The translations under genes and the position numbers were made by a program. The notes under the pieces were generated by a model. It was given only the letters and a program-made list of their open reading frames with translations, made no database searches and was not told where the DNA came from. DNA of 64,000 nucleotides from Antechinus flavipes (lineage: Eukaryota). The DNA lies in assembly GCF_016432865.1 (NCBI RefSeq), contig NC_067401.1:40672001-40736000 (forward strand), given 5' to 3'. Below are positions 26,550 through 38,327 of the stretch, piece after piece. Positions within the stretch are counted from its first letter, which is position 1. Each line of letters begins with the position of its first letter.

Positions 26550-27600
26550 ATTGGGAAAAAATAGATAAGATTTTATTTTGAAGAAATCCAGGAAAGTCAG
26601 GAAGCAAAGCTGAAAAGATAGTGAATTCTAGGGATGGAATCACACCAGTGAAAAGACATAGCATCCAGAGTTAACAGTTTAGTGTGTGAGAAGGAACACC
26701 AAGAAAGCCAGTGCACATGGAATCCAGTGAAATGTTAAAAAGAGACCTGGTTATGAAGGGTTTTAATTCTGCATCTGGAGTCAAGAGGACTTGAATTTAA
26801 ATATAGCCTCAGATATTTGTTATCTTGGAGACTCTGGTCTCCACTGAGTACTTCACTGAGCCTCTGTCTGTCTCACTTTTCTCTTCTGTAACATAAGGAT
26901 AATAGCACTCACCTCCTAAGGTTATTGTGAAGATCAAGAGAGATATTTATTTAAAATGCTCAATTCATTAACACTATACAAATGTTGATTCCCTTTCCAT
27001 TGCTATGAGAGACAGGAGTGCCAAGGTCAGAACTTCAATTTTCTTCAGTTTCCACAACTGGGTATAAGATGACATGATGGTGGCCATATTACACGAGAGA
27101 AGGAGATGTATAGGGAGGGAGATTATATATTGGATGGAGGGGATAAGAGAGAGCAAAGAGACATGGATGATAGCTTCTAAGTCTGGGTGATTGAGAAGAT
27201 GGTACTAAGGTGATAAGCTTAGAGGGAGGTTGGGAAGAGTAGGAAGAATAAAATACTTTGGGAGAGGAAGATGATGTGTTATATTTAGACATGTTGAGTT
27301 TAAGATATCTAAGAGACACCTAGGTAGACATGTGGAATAGTCAGTTGGACAGAAAAGTGGGAGACTGGATAAATAGAGATAGAAATCAGCAGCTTGGAGA
27401 TGATTATGGAGTCAATGGAAACACAGAATGCATGTATTCTGTTTCAGGAGTATCTGTTAAGAGATAGTAAAGATTGTCCTTGAGATGGGATATTTAAAAG
27501 TCAGGTAGGTGAGTCATGAGGTGATGGATCCTGCAAAGAATAATTACTTAGGTCAAAAGGGAATATAACATACATTCTATATAGGAAATAGAACATCTGA
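26550..27600 (-). mobile_element. Degenerate LINE-2 with nested MIR
   Basis: agacatgttgagtttaagatatct...gtggaatagtcagttgga is L2-like. A MIR core lies at about 26770-26960. Confidence 0.5.
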
Positions 27601-27658
27601 TTGAGAAATATAATAGAGAAGAACAGTGGGACCGTTATTACAACTCAAGTTATGTATA

Positions 27659-27690
<32 letters not shown>

Positions 27691-29630
27691 TGGGGAGAGG
27701 GGAAAGGTGAGATTGTTTAGATCTCTAAAGTTTCTTATGAACTTAAATTCTTTAGCTTTTTTAGATCATTTCAGATCAAGTGATTTAAAAACAAATTGGT
27801 TTGTGCCCTGATTTAAAAACAAACATCAACCACTCTCCATTGCCCATAGAATAAAGTTTAACTTTACATAATCTGATGAAAATTATTAGTCCAGTTTTGT
27901 CTTGTGTTCTATAATCCCTCTGCTCTACAGATTTCCTTGTTAACTTTGGAATATTATTTATACTTTCCTGACCCCTTGGTTTTACTGATCACCAAACATT
28001 TATTAACTACTAACAATGAGCCTGTGAAGATACAAAGACAAAATTAAATTTCAAGGTTATAGTCCTCTAGCCTGAAATGGCTTAACATCTGTTTCACTGA
28101 ATTCAAATCCTATTCTTCCTTTAAAGTCTATTACAAATACTAGTTTATTCATTCAATAAACAATTTTTTGAATTCTTAGTATGAAACATTATTGTGTACT
28201 GGAGATTATAAAAGTATAGAAGTAAACATATTAAAGATTTGATGTTCAAAATAATGTGATAGTTGTTAAGGGGGGGGGACATATTGATACATAAGATAGT
28301 TTCTGCTCTCAGTGCCTTTATGTTGAAGGAGATAACAGATGATATATATGTAGATAAATGTAATATTCCAGGTGAATGGTTCAATCAATGAATCAACACT
28401 TAGTAAAGGTCTATTAAGTTCCAGACACTGTACTAAGTACTGAGGATCTGAAAAGGCAAAAGCCAGTCCTTGCTTGCAATCTAATAGAGGAGATAACATA
28501 CAAAAAAGATATACATAAAGTCAGCTATATACAGGATAACTAGGAGATAATAATGGGAAGGCCCTAGAATTAAGAGGAACTAGGAAAGACTTCCTACAGA
28601 AGATAGGTCAGTTAATTCAGTAGTCAGAGTTCAGAGGGGAAACATTTCAGTGTATAGGACTAGGGACAATTCCTTGAGATGAGAGATGAAGTGTCTTGTT
28701 TGTGGCTGTTAGTATCACTGAATCAAGAGAGAATATATAGGATTTTAACAAGAGGATTTGACTTCCTTGAAGCTATGGCAGGGACTTTGCAGGCTCTGGA
28801 AAGAAAGCTACATCTGGAAGGGACTAGAGTTCTATTACTGAGTCACTGTTTTGACTTTGGGCATATTACTCCTCTGTAAATCATTGTACTCATTTGTTAA
28901 ATGAAGGGACTGGATTGAATGACTTCTAATGTCCTCTTCCACTCCAAATTAGGTCATGTCTCTAAATTTACTGTTTGATGATCCTGTAGGGTGACATGTA
29001 CCTTGAGTTTTGAAGAATGGGTAGAATGTCAATGACAGGTAGTAGGGAAGGAAGGTTCCTAGCATAATGAATAAGTTGAATTGTAGCTTATATCAAAGGT
29101 AAAAATGATTTGATGAAAAAGCAAGTATGGATGTGATTAGTGGGAAATAAGACTAGAAAGGTGGGTTGTGGCAAGACTATAGAAGATCTTGAATGTTAGA
29201 CTAAGAAGTATATTAAAGATCAAAGAATTGCTCTAGGTTTGGGTTAGGGGCAAGCTGAGGAGGGAGAGAAAGTAATTTGTTCTGAAACACTTTCCATGAT
29301 CATCAAATCCCATAATGATTGTTCTTCCATCTAAATTCTTACAACTTTTATCAAGAAATCCAATAATTTAGCATTTGTTTGAGTGCTAAACTAAGTGCTA
29401 GAATGTATGCTAGATTGTCAGTAAAGAGATGAACCTTACCTCCCAAAAGCTAACTGTGTAGCTATGAGCAAATCACCTAACTTCTCCAAATCTCCATTTC
29501 CTCATTTGTAAAATGGACATCATAAATATTGTGATGTTATTTCACAGGAACTACTGTGATGATATAATGGTAGATAAACCATGTAAAGCTCTTTGAAAAC
29601 TTTAAAATCCTATATAAATGTGTGCAATGT

Positions 29631-29855
29631 GGCAGCTGGGTCATGAACTGGATAGGCCACAGAGTTAATCATGAAGACTCCTTGAATTCAAATCTGGATG
29701 CAGACACTGAATCTTAATTCTGTTTGCCTCAGTTTCTTCATTTGTAAGATGGGCTGGAAAAGGAAATGGCAAACCGCTCCAGGATCTTTGCCAAGAAAAC
29801 CCCAAATGGGGTCACACAGAGTCACACATGACTGAAATGATCCAACTACAACAAT
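29631..29855 (+). mobile_element. MAR1-like marsupial CORE-SINE
   Basis: tRNA-like head ggcagctggg..., MIR core, then gggctggaaaaggaaatggcaaaccgctccaggatctttgccaagaaaaccccaaatggggtcac. Confidence 0.75.
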
Positions 29856-30998
29856 AAATGTATGCTAGTATGAGTAGCTTGATTTGTGCATATGGCATAT
29901 TTCTAGACAGTAAGCTGTTGGGCTGCAGGGATGGTGCTTTTTGTACATCTTTGTATCTTCTATATCTATCTGTATCTATCTAACCACTTTGACTAGCACA
30001 GTGGTTAGAGAGACAACTGCCAAAGAATGGAAAGAACTTTGGAATTTAAATCAGAATATAGGATTAAAATCCTTTGCTACAAGTGATTTACACTCTAGAA
30101 ACTGGGAAAAAAAAAAAAAAAAAAAAAAAACAGAGGAAATGTGAAAGAAAGTGCTTTGCACTGTCCTGGGTGGGAATGCGAAATCCTTGAAAAGTCAAGA
30201 TAGAAGATTGTAAAGGACAAAATAGACAATCTGGATTACCTAAAATTAAAAGATTTATGTCCAAATAAAATCAAAGCAATCAGAACGAGGGAAACAAGTG
30301 GGGAAAAAAAATCTGCCCATATATACTGAACAACAGTCTGATATCTAGGATACATAGGGAATTGACACAAGATTATAAGACCAGACCATGTTCCTGAGTG
30401 GGTAAGTGATGAGGAAATGAAGAAGCACTTTTGTATTAAATAATAGAAAAGATGGCTGTAAACCAGACATAGAGACATATTAAAGGTAACCTTTATGACA
30501 ATTCTGTCATAGGAGAGATGGGTAGAATGGTTCAGTTATATGATTTTGATAGATACCAACGCATTGTTCAATTTTGTAATGATGTAAGGAATCAATTCAA
30601 ATCTTTTATATCTCTTGATCTGGTAATCTTCATATTGAGGAGAAAGGCTGAAAGCTAGACTGTCCACACCTCCCATATGTGCTAAAATAAGGATAATTGT
30701 ACTTTGTGGTAGCAAAAATGAGAAATTGGGTTATGTAACTGCAAATGCAGCAGAATTAGAATATAGGTATGTTTTTTTTTTTTTTTCCTGCAAGAAATGA
30801 TGGCTATGAGAAATTGTGTAAAGCCCTGGAAGACTTTTAGGAACTGATGCAGAGGGAAGTATAAAAAGATGTATTTAATGAATACAATAGTGTCAACCAA
30901 CCCAAACAAGACTAAAAGACCATAAAATGATTAATTATGACCTTTCTGGGTTTGGAGAAAGGGTAATGATTATCATTGCTATCCTACTCTAGTCAGTG

Positions 30999-31521
30999 TG
31001 TTGTGCCAAATTCCCTTTTATGTTGTGACCCAGTTTCTCCAATTGTCCTATTTAGTTATTCTGCCTCAGGTTATAACCTTTCTTTCTTAATTGAGATAAA
31101 GGTCTACCTCAGTTGCTCTGCCCCAAAATCCCAGGCTATAATCATTCCCTCTTAAATGGTTGATGACATGAAGGTTTTATATCTTTAGGTTATAGACATT
31201 CCCTCTTAATGTTTGACAGGATAAAGGTTTATCCATTTTAGATGTCATTAGAATATCAGTAACTTCCCTCCATTGTGTCATCCTAGGGGCCTCCCCTACC
31301 ATTAGGTTATCCCCACCTAGATACTTCCCCCATTATGTCACTGTTCTTGTTACCCTATAAAAAAGCTTGCTATCCCAATACTCAAGGCTGGACTCTTTGA
31401 CATCATCTCAAAGAGTCTAGCCCTGGGACCAAGATCTATTTGATTCCATTATCTCTCTCCATTTAATAAACTATCAAATTGGTCTCTAACCTCTGTCTCG
31501 CTCAGTTTCTTTGGCATTACA
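30999..31521 (+). mobile_element. Solo LTR, family B-related
   Basis: tgttgtgccaaattccc ... ctcagtttctttggcattaca, with AATAAA near 31466 and flanks agtg/aatg (imperfect 4-bp TSD). Confidence 0.65.
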
Positions 31522-34500
31522 AATGGAGACTAGGCAATTACAAGCATAGAAAGCAGCATGCATCATCTATAGTTTCAGTGGCTTTTGGTTTTGCTTTAAT
31601 CTTTCTATTTGTCCCTAGAGAGATTCAGCTTGCATGCTGGGGGAGGGAGGGAGGGAGGGAGGGAGGGTGTTCAAAAACAGAAGACATGTCAAAACAGTAA
31701 AACCTTAAACAATTAGTACTATCTAAAGATGGAATGTTCTTTAAAATCTTTTTTCTCTTGTCTTTAGCCCAGGAATTCACCTAGGAACATCAGAATTTGT
31801 CTAATTATTAAATTTCCACAAAGGAGGAAAGCAGGAGAGGGAAGTAAAGATGATGACAGTCACTATGCAGGCAAATAGGAAAGGCTGGGGAAGGAGGCAA
31901 GGGAACTAGGATTTATTTAGTACCTGCTAAGTGGCAGGCACTATGCCAAATGCTTGATATACCTAATCCTCTCAAAACCCTAGAAGTAGGTACTATAGTG
32001 AGGTTTAAGTGACTTGTCCCGAGTCACAGAGGCAGATTTGAAGTCTGGTCTTGCTGACAGTGCTGGTCCAGGAGTTGTCCACTCTGCCACCAACTGCCCA
32101 AGACAGTTGCCTGAGGGAATACTGACTATAGAAGAGCCTTTACGGAGAGGGAACTCTCTTCCCCACCTCTCCAAGTGCAAAGGAGACGTAATCAGATCCA
32201 TTCGTCATCACAGTCAGAGCAAGGTGTGCATCTTTTCCAGTGGGCCTCTGCCTGGCCCCAGGATTTGTGCAGCCCACCTTGGGAAAACACTGGGCTCCCT
32301 AGAGGGTTGACCAGCCTGAACTTCCAGGGAAATGTGTCCACGAGGGTCTGCCCTAGATCCTCCTCCAGCCTCGACTGGGTCCTCCTCTTCACCTCAGCTG
32401 CTGGTTGTTCAAAGGGTATATTGAAGAGGCCATTAAGTGCCGAGCCCTTCATCTGAGAGGGGAGGGGAAAAGAGGTCAAGAGAAGTGACCTTGGTCCAGT
32501 AAGCAGCTACAGTGGGACTGCTGCCCAGATCCTCCTGGCTCCCAGCCCAGACCTGAAACCGGTGCACTGGGATTCCTCTCGGGACGTTGGCACCTGGTCA
32601 GGGAGAGGCAGAGGCTTCTTTAGCGGAGCGGAGAGGATTCAGGACAAGGGGGATCTGATACCTTGCTAAGGTTTTAGCCAGAGAGCAATGGGAGGAGGTG
32701 TGTGTGTGTGTGGGTTCTTCCTGGGGTGTGAGGGGGTTGGAGGGGCAGGCCCGCCCCTCCCCCACCCCACAGTGGAGCCCGACCTCTCTGCAAGTAGCCA
32801 ATATACTCAAATCCCTTTCCGTCTGACTGAGCACAAGGCAGAGTCTGTAAAAGGATTGTATTTCACACGCACAGATTTAAAGATCTAAAGGGACGGAGTC
32901 CGTCCTGGTCCAGAAAGCACAGGTCAGCTTGAGACCAGGGAGGTTTGCAGATTGTTTGTTGAAAAACCAACGTGGGTTTGGATGTGCCATCGGTTACTCT
33001 CGTCCCTGCCCGGCCGCCGACACTCTGTAACGCGGGGCTAGTGCCTCGGCAAAGGAGTTTGGCGACATACCTTGTAACAAAGAAAGCCTAGAGATTCTTG
33101 TGGCAACAGTTGCCAGTTGGTTGATCCCGGAGTACAGGAGTTACTGCCTTTACAACCCCTCCGGCCCCTCCCAGATCTCTTCCGAGTTGGAGGAAGAAGC
33201 CGGGATTTGAAGTGCGGCTGACCCCGTCTGGCCTTTCTAACCTTTGCCCGTGGGGGGTCAGCAGTCTGTCGGCTGACTCTGGGGGGGAAGAGGGGTGGGG
33301 GGGGAGAGAGAAGGGAGGCGATGTTGGAGTGCTCGGTGGGAGGAGGGGAGGGGAGAGGAAGGAAGGGGAGAGATCCTAGGAGATAGTTCCGTCTGTTTGC
33401 CCACTTATTTCTCAGGTCTATTTTTAGGAGTAAAAGATGGCGTGAAGGAGCTCCTTCACAAAGCAGGGTGGGGAAGATGAAGATTGACCCCAGTGTGCAG
33501 GAAACGGGGCGCTGGTGGGAGACCAAGCAGGTAGAGCTGCTGCACTTATGAAGGGAGAAAGGTCGGTCTCTGAGATAAGGGCCTTCCCTCCATGCTCCCA
33601 ACCTCTAATTTTGACTTTCCCACGAGTCCCTAAGTCTCTCTCAGCTCTGAGGGGAAAAGGGAGGCCCGGAGGTGAGAGGGGATTGGGTTGACTTGGGTGG
33701 AGAAATACTTCCTCCCCCCAAGTTTTAGCGATGGCCATCCCTGCAGGCAGATTCTGCCCAGGTACCCTTAATCTCTGCTCTCCCTCTCGTCCCCCTGTCT
33801 CTCGAGGAGTGCACTCATCCATTCTTGTCGGCAAGAAGCCAAACCTGGACTTGCGGAGTGAGTGCTAGGCTCTAATTACGGTGAGGCCCATTTCTCCCCC
33901 CTCCCCACGCGCACCCCGGCTTTTCAATTTGTAATGAAGGACGACGACAGGGCCGGGGTGGATTTTTTTTTTTTCCCCTTCCGTTTAAAAAAGCAAACAC
34001 TCCAGAGACACGAGATCTATTTGCTGTGGCGAGAGCAGGTATGCTTTCCAGATGCTCCTTGGTGTCAGGAATAGAGAGACTTGAAGGACATCTCTTGTGG
34101 TGCTTCCATTCATCCATGTATTAGGTGGTGGTGGTGGTGGGGGAAAACAAATTTCCTTTGCTGTGAAGGTTTGAGAATAAAAGAATGATCTGGAACGTAC
34201 TGTGTGGTCCTTGTGGCCACCAGGACATTTACCCCCACTATAAAGGGTTCTAGACTAAGGGGAGCGTTCAGAACCACTTAAAATAAGCAAGTGAGAGTGG
34301 AAGTTGTATTCTTTCCGACTTTTCAGGTGCGGCTGAGAGGCTTCCCAGCTCACCCTTTCATTTATCCGAGAGCTTTCGAGTAAAAATTTTATTGGGCCCG
34401 GGCAGTTCAAAATGAGAAGTTCAAACAGTCCGCGCAATCTGTCCCGGACGTCCCTGCTCCCTCCCCTGCTCTCCCAGGGCGTGGTGACGTGTCGGGTGCT

Positions 34501-35553
34501 GCTCCTGAACGATCGATCCCCCATAAGCAGGATTTCTATGTGAAAAGGGAGAATTGGTAATTCACGTTCAGTCCCCGTCAGTGGTGTCTCTTAATGTGTG
34601 ACCCACCCTCGAGATTTCCTCGGAACTGGCGTCCCAATACTGGGAGGCGGGAGAGGGGAAGAGAAAGCGCGATTTCAAAGTACTCTTCGTGTTTTCAGGC
34701 ACCTCTGCTTAGGGACCCGGCGGTGGGCCCGAAGAAAGTGGATATTGAGGGCTCCCCCTCCCCCCGCCCCCGGGCAGCTGAGTACTCAAGTGATCTCTGC
34801 GCGCCTTTGTCTCTCCAGCTCAAAGCCCAGACGCCCTTCCCTTCCCTTTCCCAATTACGAGATTACCCAGAGAAAGAAAAGGCGAGGAGGAAGAGTGACT
34901 GGGCCATTTTTGTCAGTCTCAGGTTTGGCGGGAGCCAGTACAGAGACCCCCGTTCGGGGCGTTCCTTCCCCTTGCCCGGCCATAGTGCCGTCCTGACCTT
35001 TCGCCAGACTTCACCTAGAGTCAATCCCGAACTCTCCCCTTAAGGGTGGGAGGAGAATCGCAGGTCACCTAATTGAGACCCAAGTGGCCACTTTCCCGCC
35101 GCATCTCTAGACTACTAATCAGTCGTTCTCTGGCGTGAGCTGAAATCCTCGGACTGGAACTTTACTGTTCCTACTCAGCAGTTTCTAGATTAGTCGAGTT
35201 TGGGGACCACCGCAGCCACCCCACCCCCTGGAGCTCTAGAACACAGCCCCGCTCAGAAGGCGGAGGAACCCCGGGCTACTTTCAAGAAAATAATGGGGGG
35301 GGGGGAAGAGGGGGAGGGAGAGAAGGGCCTCAGCCTCGTCTAGTGATTATTTAAAAAAAAAAAAACAAAACACAACCCAAACTGTCCCGCAGCCACTGAA
35401 ACGCGAACACTGCTCGTCCAGAAGAGGAGAGCGTAACTCGGTCCAGGCTACCCAAAACTGACAAGTAGTCGCCTTCGGGCTGGAATCCTTGTCTGGGAGG
35501 GTGAGGTGCAGGTTGTGTTTCTCTTCCCGCAGCGGGTTTCTCCCTCTCGCGTT

Positions 35554-35599
35554 CTCCCCGCCTCCCCGCCTCCCCGCCTCCCCGCCTCCCCGCCTCCCG
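35554..35599. repeat. 8-bp tandem repeat (CTCCCCGC) x5-6, a GC-box array upstream of H1
   Basis: Direct reading. Each unit junction forms CCCCGCC. Confidence 0.85.
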
Positions 35600-35699
35600 T
35601 CCCCCGGGTGGCCCCTCCCTCCTCCCTTCTCCATTTTCTGCTTTTTGCACGCTTCCCCAGCAGAGGCCGGGAAGAGAGCGGAGCCATTTTCTTTCCTTA

Positions 35700-35848
35700 C
35701 GGGCGAGGAGGGCTGGGGCGGCGCACCAATCACGGGGCAGCCCTTACCTATATATAAGTGGGTCAGCGCGGAGCTCGCTTATTCGCGAGTCCGCGGCGTC
35801 CTCTAGTGACTTCTCGCTGTCGCTGCTGTACGGTCTCCCTTCGCTGCC
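35700..35848 (+). promoter_or_regulatory. H1 core promoter
   Basis: GGGGCGGCGCACCAATCAC (CCAAT 35726-35730) and TATATATAAG (35749-35758), the layout typical of replication-dependent H1 genes. Confidence 0.85.
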
Positions 35849-36508
35849 ATGTCCGAGACGGCCCCCGCCGCTCCCGCTGCCCCGGCCCCCGCGGAGAAAG
35901 CGCCGGCCAAGAAAAAGGGCAAGAGGGCTTCGGCCGCCGGGGGAGCGCGGCGCAAGGCCGCGGGTCCGCCCGTGTCGGAGCTGATCACGAAAGCCGTGAG
36001 CGCCTCCAAGGAGCGCAATGGCGTGTCCCTGGCAGCCCTGAAGAAGGCGCTGGCGGCGGCGGGCTACGACGTGGACAAGAACAACAGCCGCATCAAGCTG
36101 GGGCTCAAGAGCCTGGTGAGCAAAGGGACCCTGGTGCAGACCAAGGGCACCGGCGCGTCGGGCTCGTTCAAGCTGAACAAGAAGGCCCCGACGGCCGACA
36201 CGAAGACTAAGGCCAAGAAGCCGGCCTCGGCCAAGACCAAGAAGGCTGCCGGTGCCTCCAAGAAGCCCAAGAAGGCGACGGGAGCCGCGGGCGCCAAGAA
36301 GACGGTGAAGAAGAGCCCGAAGAAAGCCAAGAAGCCGGCAGCCGCCAAGAAAGCGGCCAAGAGCCCGAAGAAGGCCAAGGCGGCCAAGCCCAAGAAGGTG
36401 GCCAAGAGCCCGGCTAAGCCCAAGGCGGCCAAGGCCAAGAAGGTGGCCAAGCCCAAGACGGCGAAGCCCAAAGCCGCCAAAAGCAAGAAGGCGACAGCCA
36501 AGAAGTAG
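35849..36508 (+). CDS. H1: Replication-dependent linker histone H1 (somatic H1.1-H1.5 class), 219 aa
   Basis: [10 protein letters not shown]-terminus, globular domain [74 protein letters not shown], and a Lys/Ala/Pro tail with SPKK motifs. Intronless, with a stem-loop. The subtype cannot be assigned. Confidence 0.97.
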   Translation: MSETAPAAPAAPAPAEKAPAKKKGKRASAAGGARRKAAGPPVSELITKAVSASKERNGVSLAALKKALAAAGYDVDKNNSRIKLGLKSLVSKGTLVQTKGTGASGSFKLNKKAPTADTKTKAKKPASAKTKKAAGASKKPKKATGAAGAKKTVKKSPKKAKKPAAAKKAAKSPKKAKAAKPKKVAKSPAKPKAAKAKKVAKPKTAKPKAAKSKKATAKK

Positions 36509-36540
36509 AGAGCTAGTCCTCGAAACTTGACCCACCCAAA

Positions 36541-36556
36541 GGCTCTTTTCAGAGCC
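36541..36556 (+). terminator. Histone 3' stem-loop (H1)
   Basis: cccaaaGGCTCTTTTCAGAGCCaccca followed by HDE cagaaaaagagctg. Confidence 0.95.
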
Positions 36557-37081
36557 ACCCACTCGTCTCAGAAAAAGAGCTGAGCCTCCCGACCCCATCC
36601 GTCTCTGGAGAAACCATTGTGATTTTTAATGAAATAAATGCCCACCCAAATGAGTAAATAAAAACGCAAAAAAAAAAAAATGAAAAAAAAATAAAAAAAG
36701 CAGCTACAAAAATCTCTTTAATTCCAAGTAGCATATGTCCATCCCAATGTTCGCCCCCACCCCCATTTATATGTTTGTTGTATATTGGGGGCGGCTTATG
36801 TGACTGCCCCGGTCGTCTTCCCCGCCCCGCCTAGCTGACCAAGTCTGACATGACCCAAGCAGAGGGAGGGTTCTTTTGGCCCCAAGTCTGTGTGTGCTTT
36901 GGGGCAAGCAGGGGCGTTTTTGGCTTCTTCCTTTCTCCCCAGGATCGCCAGTTTAATATTGTTTTTATAGTTACTTGCATGCTCCACTCCCGATTTGTGT
37001 GCGTGTGCGTGCGCGCGCGCGCGCATGCAAGCCCGGCAGGAAGGGAAGGGGAAAAGGACGCAGCGCCGCCCTCAGCGAATG

Positions 37082-37116
37082 GCTAGCTAGCTAGCTAGCT
37101 AGCCAGCCAGCCAGCC
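37082..37116. repeat. (GCTA)n/(GCCA)n tetranucleotide repeat between the convergent H1 and H3 genes
   Basis: Direct reading. Confidence 0.85.
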
Positions 37117-37344
37117 ATCCCTCCCTCCCCACAGTGCGCGCACTCAATGGTCAACCGAGTCGGGAGGCAGGGGGCAAGGACGGAAACTAGGGGTCAAGCG
37201 GCAGCTGCCCTTTCGCGGCTACTCGCCTCGACAAGGGCCGGCAAGCTCCCTTTGTCCATGCAGCAAAACTCAGGAGCAAGTCAAAGTTGCAAAGGAGGGG
37301 GGAGAGGTGGGCGCGATCACAGCTACTCTCGTGAGAATGTGGGT

Positions 37345-37360
37345 GGCTCTGAAAAGAGCC
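37345..37360 (-). terminator. Histone 3' stem-loop (H3)
   Basis: Minus strand ccaaaGGCTCTTTTCAGAGCCaccca followed by cacgagagtagctgt. Confidence 0.95.
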
Positions 37361-37397
37361 TTTGGGGTGTGGACTTCCACGGGCGGAAAGCGGCGCC

Positions 37398-38093
<696 letters not shown>

Positions 38094-38272
38094 CTACCCC
38101 AGCTCGACCCTCGCGGAAAAAACCTCCGCTCGCTGAGTAGGTCTCGGTTTTTCATCCTTTCTCCCACCGCTGCCTTTTCTGATTAACCAGTCCGTGTTTT
38201 TAAACTCCATCCCACAGCTTTTTAGTTGTGCAGTCCCTTTCCCGCTAACTCTGGGTCCCCTTGCCTTCCCTC

Positions 38273-38327
38273 CCCCGACTCCCCGACTCCCCGACTCCCC
38301 GACTCCCCTCCCCCCCCCCCCCCCCCC
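38273..38327. repeat. (CCCCGACT) x4 followed by a poly(C) tract
   Basis: Direct reading. Confidence 0.85.

Noticed and set aside
34437-34490. tgtcccggacgt...gggcgtggtg resembling the start of an H4 CDS
   Set aside because: No ATG, no continuing H4 similarity and no stem-loop downstream. The match is too short to call a pseudogene.
33000-35500. Possible tRNA or U1 snRNA genes in the gene-less CpG region (these occur near human HIST2)
   Set aside because: No A-box/B-box cloverleaf or U1 5' sequence found by eye. A tRNAscan-SE/Infernal run would be decisive.
35744-36598. 284-aa and 164-aa antisense ORFs over H1
   Set aside because: These are shadows of the GC-rich, Lys/Ala-biased H1 codons. 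They start at non-ATG codons (for example GTG beside the stem-loop, giving MALKRAF) and have no promoter or 3' signals.
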